Source: an uncultured Candidatus Saccharibacteria bacterium (GTDB lineage: Bacteria > Patescibacteriota > Saccharimonadia > Saccharimonadales > SZUA-47). From it: a stretch of 43,018 bases of DNA. The position numbers and the translations under genes were made by a program. The notes under the pieces were generated by a model that was not told the origin of the DNA, did not search any database, and worked only from the letters and a program-made list of their open reading frames with translations. Numbering within the stretch: position 1 is the first letter of the stretch; each line of letters starts with the position of its first letter. This document shows positions 17,705-27,330 of this stretch, in pieces. The stretch lies in assembly GCA_964419675.1 (NCBI GenBank), contig CAYQPN010000001.1:44885-87902 (forward strand), written 5' to 3'.

Positions 17705-20515
17705 ATGTCGGAGTTTATTCGGATACAAGGTGCTCGGGAGCACAACCTTAAAAATGTCTCTATTGATATACCTAGAAATAAACTAATTGTTTTTACCGGT
17801 TTGAGTGGTTCTGGTAAATCCTCTCTCGCTTTTGACACGATTTATGCTGAAGGTCAACGTCGTTACGTTGAAAGTCTAAGTGCCTACGCCCGTCAGTTTC
17901 TAGGCTTAATGGAAAAACCGGATGTTGATCAAATCGATGGCCTTTCGCCCGCAATTTCTATAGATCAAAAATCCAGTAGTCGTAACCCCCGTAGTACGGT
18001 TGCCACAGTTACGGAGATTTATGATTATTTAAGGCTTCTTTTTGCGCGAGTCGGAACGGCTCATGGTCCCGATGGCAAGCCTATAGAGATTATGACCTCT
18101 CAGGACATCGCTGATGGCGTTCAAAACTTGGAAAAAGGGCACAAGTTAATGATTCTTGCCCCGGTTGTCATCGATAAAAAAGGTGAGCATGCTCACATAC
18201 CAGAACTATATACCAGGCAAGGGTATGCTCGGGCGCGAGTAGACGGAGTAATTTATGCACTTGAAGAATTTCCAGAATTAGACAAAAAATTTAAACACAA
18301 CATTGAAATTGTAGTTGACAGGGTAGTCAACAATGAAGATCAAGCCAGCCGTATTTTTCAGTCGGTTGAAAATGCTCTTCAGCTTGCTGACGGTCAATTA
18401 ACAATTGTTGACGCGGACAATAAGGACCAAGCCCACCGTTTCTCCCAGAAATATTATAATGCTGAATATCCTGATTTTATTGCACCAGAAATGGAACCCA
18501 GGACATTTAGCTTTAATAGTCCGCACGGAGCTTGTCCGGTTTGTACCGGTTTAGGGAACCGAAAAGAAGTTGATCCAGAACTTGTTTTACCTAATGGAAA
18601 GCTGACGATTGCAGAAGGAGCTATTCGTCCCTACAACCGCCTAGCAGCCGATGCTTGGAATATGAAAAAGATGGTGGCGGTCGCTGATAGGTATGGTTTT
18701 TCAGTTCATGTACCAACAAGTGAGTTAAAGGAGGCGGACCTGGACAAACTTTTATATGGGACAGGTGACGAGACTTACACAATACCACTCGGTAGCGGTC
18801 GTCATTTTGACGCAACCTACGAAGGAGTAATACCCAACTTAGAGCGTCGACACAAAGAAACAGATAGCGATTTTATGCGTCGCGAGATTGAGCGATTTAT
18901 GGTTGAAAAACCGTGTCATGCTTGCGCGGGAAAGCGCCTTAAACCGGAAGTCTTGGCCGTTACAGTACACGGTGAGTCAATTATGGATATTTGTGAGCGC
19001 CCTGTTTCCGACGCTGTAGAATTTTTTGCAAAATTGAAATTATCTGACAAGCATCTGAACATCGCCAAGCAAATATTTAAAGAAATTAATGCTAGGTTGA
19101 AGTTTTTAGATGAAGTTGGTTTAGGTTATTTAACGCTTGCTCGTAGCGCTAACACCTTGTCTGGTGGTGAGGCACAGCGAATTCGTCTAGCCACACAAAT
19201 AGGTTCTGGTTTACAGGGAGTTTTGTATGTATTAGACGAGCCGTCAATCGGGCTTCATCAACGGGACAACGAGAGACTCATCATCACGTTAAAGCGCCTA
19301 AAAGAACTGGGTAACACTGTAATTGTGGTTGAGCATGACGAAGAAACAATCCGTACAGCAGATTACTTAGTGGATATTGGCCCGGGTGCTGGTGTTCACG
19401 GAGGCGAAATTGTCGCTCATGGAACACCAGCTGAAGTAGCCGTCAACAAGCGAAGTATCACTGGTAAATACTTACGCGGTGAATCTAAAATTGAAACACC
19501 TAAAAAACGCCGCCTCGGAACCGGAAAATCTCTTGTTGTTCGTGGTGCAAGGGAAAATAACCTTAAAAATATTGATGTGACACTACCTTTGGGTAAAATG
19601 TTGGTTGTCAGCGGCGTTAGCGGTTCGGGTAAGAGTACTCTTATTAACGATATCGTAGCAAAAGAACTTCATGTTCGACTAAGCAGGGCGCATGAAGCAG
19701 TTGGCAGGCATGATGACTTAGAAGGCATAGACAACTTAGACAAAGTTATTATTATTGACCAGTCACCTATTGGTCGTACCCCAAGAAGCAACCCGGCCAC
19801 ATACGTTGGTCTTTTCACGCCAATTCGTGATTTATTCTCTTCTACGCACGAGGCAAAAATTCGAGGCTACAAACCTGGCCGTTTTAGCTTTAACGTCAAA
19901 GGCGGTAGATGTGAAAACTGTCAGGGTGACGGAATGATTAAAATAGAAATGCACTTTTTGCCAGATGTCTACGTTCAATGCGAAGTCTGCAAGGGGAAAC
20001 GTTATAACAGGGAAGCGTTAGAGATACATTTCAAAGGTAAAACTATTGCCGACATCTTAGACATGACCTGTGAACAGGCTTTAGAGTTTTTTGAAAATAT
20101 TCCGTCTATTGCCAATAAGCTGAGTACCTTAGTTCAAGTTGGGTTGGGCTATATGCGCCTTGGCCAATCAGCTACAACACTATCTGGTGGTGAAGCTCAA
20201 CGTGTTAAGCTAGCGACTGAGCTATCTAAGCGTTCAACAGGTAGAACACTGTATGTGTTAGACGAACCAACAACTGGTTTACACATTGATGATGTCAAGC
20301 GACTTCTTGAGGTTCTGCACGCCCTTGTAGACACAGGAAACAGTATGATAATTATCGAACATAATCTAGACATCATAAAATCAGCTGATCACATTATTGA
20401 TATGGGCCCAGAGGGCGGTGCAGGTGGTGGATATGTAATTGCTGAAGGCACACCTGAACAAGTTGCAAAAAACCCTAAATCCTACACCGGCCAATTCTTA
20501 GCACACGTTTTATAA
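17705..20515 (+). CDS. uvrA: Excinuclease ABC subunit A
   Basis: GAREHNLKN; GLSGSGKSS; two LSGGEAQR signatures; GVSGSGKST; CENC/CEVC zinc finger. Confidence 0.98.
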   Translation: MSEFIRIQGAREHNLKNVSIDIPRNKLIVFTGLSGSGKSSLAFDTIYAEGQRRYVESLSAYARQFLGLMEKPDVDQIDGLSPAISIDQKSSSRNPRSTVATVTEIYDYLRLLFARVGTAHGPDGKPIEIMTSQDIADGVQNLEKGHKLMILAPVVIDKKGEHAHIPELYTRQGYARARVDGVIYALEEFPELDKKFKHNIEIVVDRVVNNEDQASRIFQSVENALQLADGQLTIVDADNKDQAHRFSQKYYNAEYPDFIAPEMEPRTFSFNSPHGACPVCTGLGNRKEVDPELVLPNGKLTIAEGAIRPYNRLAADAWNMKKMVAVADRYGFSVHVPTSELKEADLDKLLYGTGDETYTIPLGSGRHFDATYEGVIPNLERRHKETDSDFMRREIERFMVEKPCHACAGKRLKPEVLAVTVHGESIMDICERPVSDAVEFFAKLKLSDKHLNIAKQIFKEINARLKFLDEVGLGYLTLARSANTLSGGEAQRIRLATQIGSGLQGVLYVLDEPSIGLHQRDNERLIITLKRLKELGNTVIVVEHDEETIRTADYLVDIGPGAGVHGGEIVAHGTPAEVAVNKRSITGKYLRGESKIETPKKRRLGTGKSLVVRGARENNLKNIDVTLPLGKMLVVSGVSGSGKSTLINDIVAKELHVRLSRAHEAVGRHDDLEGIDNLDKVIIIDQSPIGRTPRSNPATYVGLFTPIRDLFSSTHEAKIRGYKPGRFSFNVKGGRCENCQGDGMIKIEMHFLPDVYVQCEVCKGKRYNREALEIHFKGKTIADILDMTCEQALEFFENIPSIANKLSTLVQVGLGYMRLGQSATTLSGGEAQRVKLATELSKRSTGRTLYVLDEPTTGLHIDDVKRLLEVLHALVDTGNSMIIIEHNLDIIKSADHIIDMGPEGGAGGGYVIAEGTPEQVAKNPKSYTGQFLAHVL

Positions 20516-20567
20516 TTACTATCTAACAATTTGTTTACATTTTGTGACGTCCGGCAAGAAATGTAGA

Positions 20568-21224
20568 CTACTTTTTTCGGTTTAGACCTACAAAATTGAA
20601 TAAATCTTTAATGTTCTGAACGAGTTTGTTTCTTGTTTTTGGGTCTTTTAGAATGTGGTGTAATGCAGGAGCGAAAGTAAGAAACATTGCAACCAACACA
20701 GCAGGCAATAAATACTTATCTATATCTGGAATTTTACTTCCAACAAAATATCCCAGTAGAGTCACGCCAATGCCCCAAAGTAATGCTCCGGCAACGTTAA
20801 AGAGCATGAACCTGCGTCTATCCATTTTAGCTGCGCCTGCTACTATTGGCGCAAAAGTTCGAACTACCGGTACAAAACGCGCAAGTGTAACCGTTTTTCC
20901 ACCATGGAGCTCATAAAACGCTTTTGCTCTCAACAAATATTCTGGTCTAAAAATAATTCCATCTTTTTTCTTAAAAATTTTATCACCAGTTCGGTGTCCT
21001 ATGCTGTAACCAACATTGTCACCAACAACTGCGGCAAAACATATGACACAGATTAGCCATACGATCGGCAGCTTATCTTGAGCGGCAAATACTCCGGCCG
21101 TAAGGAGTAAGGTGTCGCCTGGTAAGAAAAACCCAATCAGTAAACCCGATTCTGCAAAAACAATAGCCCCAATCATTAGCAAGCCGCCACTTTGAACAAT
21201 AGTTGTAGGGTCTAAAAAGCTCAT
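20568..21224 (-). CDS. dedA: DedA family membrane protein (start reassigned to ATG 21224)
   Basis: FAESGLLIGFFLPGDTLL; GDNVGYSIG; ARFVPVVRTFAP. Confidence 0.92.
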   Translation of the reverse strand: MSFLDPTTIVQSGGLLMIGAIVFAESGLLIGFFLPGDTLLLTAGVFAAQDKLPIVWLICVICFAAVVGDNVGYSIGHRTGDKIFKKKDGIIFRPEYLLRAKAFYELHGGKTVTLARFVPVVRTFAPIVAGAAKMDRRRFMLFNVAGALLWGIGVTLLGYFVGSKIPDIDKYLLPAVLVAMFLTFAPALHHILKDPKTRNKLVQNIKDLFNFVGLNRKK

Positions 21225-21311
21225 ATACAAGCAATAGTGTATCACGCAGGCTTTTAAGCTGTACTTTGCAATAGCTAATCTGTTATAATACATTCAATTA
21301 AGAGGTAAATA

Positions 21312-21983
21312 ATGAGTTCAGAGAAGATTGTTTTAACTGCCGATAAGCGTGAAGTGGTAGGAAAGAAAGTAAGTCGTCTGCGACAAGAAGGCTATATACC
21401 AGCCAATGTATACGAACGCGGTGAAGAATCGATAACAGTGGCTATTAAATACAATCCGTTGATAAAAGCCTTTAAGGCGGCTGGAAAGCACCACCCAATT
21501 GAATTGACCGTTGATGATAAAAAATTCCTTACGCTAATTAAAGACGTTCACATGGATCCGGCAAAAAACACTATCATGCACGTTGCGTTCCACGCCGTTA
21601 AACAAAACGAAACGGTTGAAGCTGAAATTCCTGTACACATTGAAGGTGATGTACCTGCCCTGCAGTCAGGTAACTTTATGGTTCGCCCAAATGATGTAGT
21701 CACCGTTAAAGCGTTCCCAGGTAACCTGCCAGACGTATTAAACGTTCCAGCTGCAACTTTGCTTGAAGTTGGCGATACCCTTACAGTAGCTGATATAGTT
21801 GCACCAAAAGATGTTGAGATTATTTCTGATCCCCACCTTGTGCTGGCAGTTATTGAAGAACCTCGTGCAGTAGTTGAACCAGAACCAACCGAAGAAGTCG
21901 ATGCGGCAGATGTTCCAAGTGAGCATGGTGATACAGAAGCACCTGCAGATTCTGAAGCTTCTAAAGAAGAAAAATCCGAATAA
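21312..21983 (+). CDS. rplY: 50S ribosomal protein L25/Ctc (long form)
   Basis: LRQEGYIPANVY; HVAFHAV; EIPVHIEG; acidic tail; SD GAGGT. Confidence 0.93.
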   Translation: MSSEKIVLTADKREVVGKKVSRLRQEGYIPANVYERGEESITVAIKYNPLIKAFKAAGKHHPIELTVDDKKFLTLIKDVHMDPAKNTIMHVAFHAVKQNETVEAEIPVHIEGDVPALQSGNFMVRPNDVVTVKAFPGNLPDVLNVPAATLLEVGDTLTVADIVAPKDVEIISDPHLVLAVIEEPRAVVEPEPTEEVDAADVPSEHGDTEAPADSEASKEEKSE

Positions 21984-21985
21984 CA

Positions 21986-22015
21986 TTGACAAAGCTCCCA
22001 AAAGTGTGATATAAT
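21986..22015 (+). promoter_or_regulatory. Promoter TTGACA-18 nt-TATAAT (extended TG), 8 nt before the GNAT ATG
   Basis: Read directly from the sequence. Confidence 0.7.
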
Positions 22016-22023
22016 ATACAAAT

Positions 22024-22536
22024 ATGGCACTAGAGCTACCAAGACTAGTCATCGATGAAGGGCTAGAAATAGTCCGTTTTACGGAAGAGTTTGTAAGGCC
22101 TGTGTTCGACTTGATTGAGACTAATCGAGCGCATTTAAGCCAGTTTAATGATGATACAGCGGATAAATATCAATCAATACAGCCTTTGTATGAAAGCGTT
22201 ATGCGCCCAAGAAACACTCTACGTGAGAGGTATGTAATATTGGGCGGTGATGCTGTAGTTGGTTCTATTAATGTTGAACCCACAGGTCTCAAAGCTACAT
22301 CGTTTGTCATGGGATACTGGCTTGGTGAACAGTTTACAGGCAATGGGTACGCCTCAAGATCAACTCGCGCCCTTTCAGATGAAGTACTACAGCGTCCAGG
22401 AGTAAGGCGAGTAAATGCGTATACACATCTCGAAAACATAGCTAGTCAAAACGTATTGCAAAATTCAGGGTTCGTATTGTTGGGTGCAGTTAAGCACGGT
22501 TCAGATATCAGTAACCGTTTTGTAAAGACTAAATAA
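22024..22536 (+). CDS. GNAT N-acetyltransferase, RimJ/RimL family
   Basis: NRAHLSQF; MGYWLGEQFTGNGYAS; NIASQNVLQNSGF. Confidence 0.85.
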   Translation: MALELPRLVIDEGLEIVRFTEEFVRPVFDLIETNRAHLSQFNDDTADKYQSIQPLYESVMRPRNTLRERYVILGGDAVVGSINVEPTGLKATSFVMGYWLGEQFTGNGYASRSTRALSDEVLQRPGVRRVNAYTHLENIASQNVLQNSGFVLLGAVKHGSDISNRFVKTK

Positions 22537-22562
22537 TCTGATTATTATATTGTCCCAGGGGT

Positions 22563-22629
22563 GAGCAGCCGGCTGAAGCTATTTACTCGATTCTTCCGCG
22601 CGATGAGAGGGGATGCTCCCCTCTCATAG
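22563..22629 (+). repeat. Dispersed structured non-coding element, copy 2 (short form); the hairpin may also terminate convergent transcription
   Basis: GAGCAGCCGG...CCGCGCG-ATGAGAGGGGA-tgc-TCCCCTCTCAT-AG. Confidence 0.7.
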
Positions 22630-22631
22630 GG

Positions 22632-24407
22632 TCAGTCCTGTAAAAATCCACCAGATTGGTGGCTCCAGAGACGGGCGTAGAGCCCGTCTTTCTTTGCTAT
22701 CAGCTCTTTGTGTGTTCCTTCTTCAACTATTCTACCTTCGTCTAAAACTAATATCCTATCCATTTTTTGGATTGTGCTCAAGCGGTGGGCAATAACAATA
22801 GCTGTACGGCCTTCCATAAGTTTCCACAGTGCTTGCTGGATCAGTACTTCACTTTCTGAATCAAGAGCACTTGTAGCCTCGTCCAGTACCAATATCGGTG
22901 CATCTTTAAGCATTGCTCGGGCAATAGCCACACGCTGACGTTGCCCACCGGACAGCTTAACACCTCTCTCTCCGACAAGGGTTTCGTATCCTTGAGAAAG
23001 CTCATTTATGAACTTATCGGCGCTAGCGTTTTTAGAAGCAGTTACTATTTCTTTTTTTGTAGCGTTTAATTTTCCATAAGAGATATTTTCGGTCAGAGTC
23101 CGGTGAAACAATAGTGGCTCTTGTGGAACGTAGGAGATATAATTTCTTATATCCGCTTGCTTAACTTTTGAAATATCTTGTCCGCCTACTAAAATTTGTC
23201 CTTCTTGGATGTCCATAAAGCGCATTAGTAGTTTGGTTATGGATGTTTTTCCTCCTCCGCTTGGGCCTACCAAGCCAATTTTTTCTCCGGGCTTCACTTC
23301 AAAATTCAAGTTGCTAAACAAGGCAGTCTTCTGATTGTTTTCTGGGTACCAAAAAGAAAGATTCTCTACTTTGATACCACTATTAATCGGTAGAAATCTA
23401 TCAGCGTTTTTGGGATCTTGGACTTCTGGTTTGCTTAATAGAATCTCTGTCATATCACTGGCGTCTCCAAACACGCGTGTAAACTGTCGAAAAGTGTTGT
23501 TAAGGTCCCACAGACGTCGCATTATCCCGATGGTGTATGTAAGAGCCAGGTAAATTACTCCAACTTCAATTTTTCCACCAACAGCTAAAATTACAGATAC
23601 TAAAATTGCAAATACATTGATGCTCCTCTGGAGAGAACCACTGACTAGTTCCTGCTTCATGTTTATCCTCATAGTCTCTATCGATCGTTGTCGCACTTCT
23701 TCAACCCGCTCGCGCATTCGCTTTAACTCCAGAGCTTCGTTTGCAAAAGATTTAACCGCGACTACGTTGGAAATAGAATCAGCTAGCTGACCGGTTCGAT
23801 GCGTCTCAGCCTTCGACCAGCGTTTGTTATAGGGCAATTGTCGTTTTCTGAAATACCAAACAACAGGTACATAAATTATGGTAATTATCCAAATCCCAAC
23901 TACAACTTGAGGCGCTTTTGGAGCAAGTATCAAAGATGTGAAAATGATTGAAAGAACAAGTTTATAGACGTTCCAGGTAAGTGGGTCTGTGAATCTTTCA
24001 AACGAACCTACGAATTTGTTGGTTTGGTTGACAATTGAGCCAGCAAATCTCTCAGCAAAAAAGCGGTAGCTCATACCCTGCAAATGCTTGAACACTGTCA
24101 TGTTTAGGTCGCGCATGACTGTTTCTTGCAAGCGCCAAAAAATTGGCACAACAACCTTATTCCACATTAAATGGCCAAATGCTTCAAGAAGAAATATAAA
24201 TAGTAGGGGTTTCCAAACTACCGAGGCAGCCAATTGGTCAGTATTGTTCTGGGCTATATTAGTAATAATTGCGCTCACCAAAAGGGGCTGAAGCATATCT
24301 TCGGCAAATTGAGTAATAGCCATGGAAGGGTAAATAATCCATAGCTCGCGCTTGTATTTCTTTGTGTGCTGCCAATATATACGCAGCGTTTGTGATGCCG
24401 TGCTCAT
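22632..24407 (-). CDS. ABC exporter, fused permease/ATPase (MdlB/MsbA-like)
   Basis: Multi-TM N-terminal domain; GPSGGGKT; LSGGQRQR; LVLDEATSALD; IAHRLST. Confidence 0.93.
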   Translation of the reverse strand: MSTASQTLRIYWQHTKKYKRELWIIYPSMAITQFAEDMLQPLLVSAIITNIAQNNTDQLAASVVWKPLLFIFLLEAFGHLMWNKVVVPIFWRLQETVMRDLNMTVFKHLQGMSYRFFAERFAGSIVNQTNKFVGSFERFTDPLTWNVYKLVLSIIFTSLILAPKAPQVVVGIWIITIIYVPVVWYFRKRQLPYNKRWSKAETHRTGQLADSISNVVAVKSFANEALELKRMRERVEEVRQRSIETMRINMKQELVSGSLQRSINVFAILVSVILAVGGKIEVGVIYLALTYTIGIMRRLWDLNNTFRQFTRVFGDASDMTEILLSKPEVQDPKNADRFLPINSGIKVENLSFWYPENNQKTALFSNLNFEVKPGEKIGLVGPSGGGKTSITKLLMRFMDIQEGQILVGGQDISKVKQADIRNYISYVPQEPLLFHRTLTENISYGKLNATKKEIVTASKNASADKFINELSQGYETLVGERGVKLSGGQRQRVAIARAMLKDAPILVLDEATSALDSESEVLIQQALWKLMEGRTAIVIAHRLSTIQKMDRILVLDEGRIVEEGTHKELIAKKDGLYARLWSHQSGGFLQD

Positions 24408-24447
24408 TCTAGTTCCTAATATCTATAATTTATTAAAATGTTTTTGT

Positions 24448-24504
24448 TTAACTAAGACGCGCGTAAGGCGTGCAAATTAAACCAGGGATATTTGTCATGA
24501 ACAT
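24448..24504 (-). CDS. Candidate leader peptide (18 aa, MFMTNIPGLICTPYARLS) upstream of the ABC exporter
   Basis: SD GGAGG 9 nt before the ATG; downstream of a TTGACG-18-TATAGT promoter; stop 40 nt before the ABC ATG. Confidence 0.5.
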   Translation of the reverse strand: MFMTNIPGLICTPYARLS

Positions 24505-24538
24505 TTTTTGCCGCCTCCGCTTAGTTGTTATTGAAACT

Positions 24539-24569
24539 ACTATACAACCATAAAATGCTTGACGTCAAG
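24539..24569 (-). promoter_or_regulatory. Promoter for the ABC leader (TTGACG-18 nt-TATAGT); -35 lies in the palindrome CTTGACGTCAAG
   Basis: Palindrome at 24558-24569; -10 at 24539-24544 on the minus strand. Confidence 0.5.
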
Positions 24570-24612
24570 TTTAATTTTATCTAACGACTTATTAGGTATA
24601 ATGTATAGAGAC

Positions 24613-25467
24613 ATGGAGAAAATAATACTATATTACAAATTTGTCCCGGTGAAAGACCCGGAGATGACTATGCATTGGCAACGAGAACTTTGCACTCGTC
24701 TTGGAATAAAAGGCAGAATTTTGATAAGTCCTCATGGCATAAACGGAACACTTGGTGGTGATATCGAGGCACTTAGAGCGTACAAACGAGCCATGAATGA
24801 ATCAGGAATTTTCAGGGACATTATGTATAAATGGAGCGACGGAGGAGTAAAGTATTTTCCAAAATTGAAGGTCAAAGTAAAACCTGAAATTGTAGCTTTT
24901 GATGCGGCTGATGAAATTGTTGTTACAGAAAAAGGAATTGTAAATGGTGGCAAGCACTTAAAGCCAGCTGCACTACATAAACTAGTAGAAGAAAAGGGTG
25001 ACGAGGTTATTTTTTACGATGGGCGCAATATGTATGAAGCCCAAATTGGACGGTTCAAAAATACTATTATACCCAAAACGGTTACTAGCAGAGATTTTAA
25101 AAAAGACTTAGAGAGTGGTGAGATTAGTAAACACAAAGATAAGCCGATTGTTACCTATTGCACCGGCGGAATTCGCTGTGAGATATTGAGTGCTATGATG
25201 CTAAATCGTGGGTTTAAAGAGGTATACCAAATGGACGGAGGTATAGCGAAATACGGCGAAAAATACAAAGACGACGGGCTATGGGAAGGAAAGTTATTTG
25301 TCTTTGATGACCGCATGAAAATGGGCTTTAGCGGTAACGCAAAAGACATAGCAGATTGTGAAAACTGTGGCAAGAAAACCAGTAACTTAGTAAACTCTAC
25401 CAACATCCGCCGCAAACTTCATGTGTTATGCGAAAATTGTGCAATGGAGGTCAAAATAAGTGATTAA
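24613..25467 (+). CDS. trhO: tRNA uridine(34) hydroxylase TrhO (YceA-type rhodanese); start reassigned to 24613
   Basis: ILYYKF; GRILIS..GINGT; DGRNMYE..IGRF; YCTGGIRCE; WEGKLFVFDDR. Confidence 0.9.
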   Translation: MEKIILYYKFVPVKDPEMTMHWQRELCTRLGIKGRILISPHGINGTLGGDIEALRAYKRAMNESGIFRDIMYKWSDGGVKYFPKLKVKVKPEIVAFDAADEIVVTEKGIVNGGKHLKPAALHKLVEEKGDEVIFYDGRNMYEAQIGRFKNTIIPKTVTSRDFKKDLESGEISKHKDKPIVTYCTGGIRCEILSAMMLNRGFKEVYQMDGGIAKYGEKYKDDGLWEGKLFVFDDRMKMGFSGNAKDIADCENCGKKTSNLVNSTNIRRKLHVLCENCAMEVKISD

Positions 25468-25472
25468 TTTAG

Positions 25473-25727
25473 CTAGACTTGAGTTCCGACAATTAAGACT
25501 TCATCTCGTAAAGCTAGCGCTCGTCTCTGAATGTCCATATATGCACCTTCCGATGTATAATCACCATCATTAAAGCATCTACCGGCGACTGTCCCTAAGA
25601 TATGTGCTATTGAATCAAGCATCCTGCAATCTCTATTTCGCCCAAATAGGGTAACGTCTGCATTTGCGTTGGTCAGGTTTTCGGGTGTTGGCGGATAGTA
25701 TCGTTCCATGCATATGCAATCAATCAT
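25473..25727 (-). CDS. Small hypothetical protein (start may be 25709)
   Basis: Fills the intergenic gap exactly; no motif recognised. Confidence 0.4.
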   Translation of the reverse strand: MIDCICMERYYPPTPENLTNANADVTLFGRNRDCRMLDSIAHILGTVAGRCFNDGDYTSEGAYMDIQRRALALRDEVLIVGTQV

Positions 25728-25796
25728 TAAAATACAATATACTGGATAATGTGTTTATGCAAGGAATCGGAGTGTCGGTATAATACAAGATATAAA

Positions 25797-27308
25797 ATGA
25801 CAGAATTAATAAACAACAAACTCAAGTCTCTACCCAAGACCTCAGGTGTATATTTTCATAAGGATAAATCGGGGGAGGTTATATATATTGGCAAAGCAGC
25901 TGTATTAAATAATCGGGTTAGGCAATATTTTCAAAAAAGCCGTGTTAGAGATCCGAAAACAGATGCACTTGTGGCAGAAATCGTCGATACTGAATGGATC
26001 GAAACCGAATCCGAAATAGATGCTCTTTTCTTAGAGGCAGAAATGGTGCGGCGCTATTTACCAAGATATAACATTCTTCTTCGTGATGACAAAAGCTTGC
26101 TCTATGTTCGTATAGACATTAAAACTGATTATCCAACAGTTACTTTTACTCGTCGTCCTCTTGATGACAAAGCTGAGTATTTTGGGCCCTATATTCAAGG
26201 CTACGCTGTGCGTAAGGCGCTTAGGCTACTGCGAAGAATTTTTCCTTATGCTGTCACCGAACAACAGGCAACAATGGGCAGTAAATTATACGAGCAAATT
26301 GGCTTAGACCCAGGTTTGAAGAGTGGCAAAACTAGCTTAGACGAATATCGCAAAAATTTGCGGAATTTAATGTCTTATTTGCGCGGAAATCGAGTGGCGC
26401 TAATCAACGAAATAGAAAAAGAGATGAAGCAATCAGCCAAAGAACAGAAATTTGAAAAAGCAGTGATGTTACGCAACAAACTATATGAGCTTAAATCTCT
26501 CAAAAAACAAATTATATTTTCAGACCGCGAATTTATGGACGCCAGCAAAGATAAAGGCTTGGCGGGATTGGCTGAATTACTTGGGATAGAACTTCCAAAA
26601 CGTATAGAGGGGTACGATATTTCACACATGAGTGGTACTGATAATGTGGCGTCAATGGTAGTTTTCACAAATGGAATACCAGATAAAACACAGTACCGAA
26701 AATTTAAAATGAGGCTGAAGGGGAATAACGATTTTGCACACATGAGTGAAGCAATTTCAAGACGCTTGAGTGAAAAAAATATAAAAGCGTGGGGTAAGCC
26801 AAACCTGTTTTTGATTGACGGCGGGAAAGGCCAGCTCAGCTCGGCTATAGAAGCACGGGATTGCCTGGGTTTTGATACGCCCATGATTGGGCTGGCTAAG
26901 CGGGAAGAGGAAATTGTTGTCGAAGACAAAAGGTCTAAAGTCAAAAGTGAAGGGTTACAGGATAGGGCTAAGAAATTTCAAGCATCAGTAAAAATATCAG
27001 ATGATTTCGTACTTCTAAATTTGCCTGATACCAGTGACATAGTTAAATTATTGCAACGAATCCGTGACGAGAGTCATCGTTTTGCGGTTAGCTATCACTC
27101 AACACTTAAACAGAACCGACAACTAACAAGCTGGTTAGATGATGTCCCGGGAATTGGTCCAACAACCAAAAAGAAACTTATCAGAACGTTTGGTAGCTCA
27201 AAAGGCGTTTTGCAAGCCAGAACAGAAGAACTAATTAAACTGTTGGGTGAAAGCAAAGCTACAGTTCTAAAACAATACATCCGTGCCGAAAAGAAGAGTA
27301 GTCTCTAG
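25797..27308 (+). CDS. uvrC: Excinuclease ABC subunit C (start reassigned to 25797)
   Basis: GIY-YIG domain GVY...YIGKA; PRYNILL; RIEGYDISH; LIDGGKGQL; RIRDESHRFA; HhH motif VPGIG. Confidence 0.96.
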   Translation: MTELINNKLKSLPKTSGVYFHKDKSGEVIYIGKAAVLNNRVRQYFQKSRVRDPKTDALVAEIVDTEWIETESEIDALFLEAEMVRRYLPRYNILLRDDKSLLYVRIDIKTDYPTVTFTRRPLDDKAEYFGPYIQGYAVRKALRLLRRIFPYAVTEQQATMGSKLYEQIGLDPGLKSGKTSLDEYRKNLRNLMSYLRGNRVALINEIEKEMKQSAKEQKFEKAVMLRNKLYELKSLKKQIIFSDREFMDASKDKGLAGLAELLGIELPKRIEGYDISHMSGTDNVASMVVFTNGIPDKTQYRKFKMRLKGNNDFAHMSEAISRRLSEKNIKAWGKPNLFLIDGGKGQLSSAIEARDCLGFDTPMIGLAKREEEIVVEDKRSKVKSEGLQDRAKKFQASVKISDDFVLLNLPDTSDIVKLLQRIRDESHRFAVSYHSTLKQNRQLTSWLDDVPGIGPTTKKKLIRTFGSSKGVLQARTEELIKLLGESKATVLKQYIRAEKKSSL

Positions 27309-27330
27309 CTACTGCTATAATTTCAACTAA

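Noticed and set aside
21548-22052. Long minus-strand ORFs (164 and 104 aa), and similar nested ORFs such as 26375..26944 and 34475..34900
   Set aside because: Antisense shadows of well-supported genes (rplY, uvrC, htpX) with no recognisable motifs.
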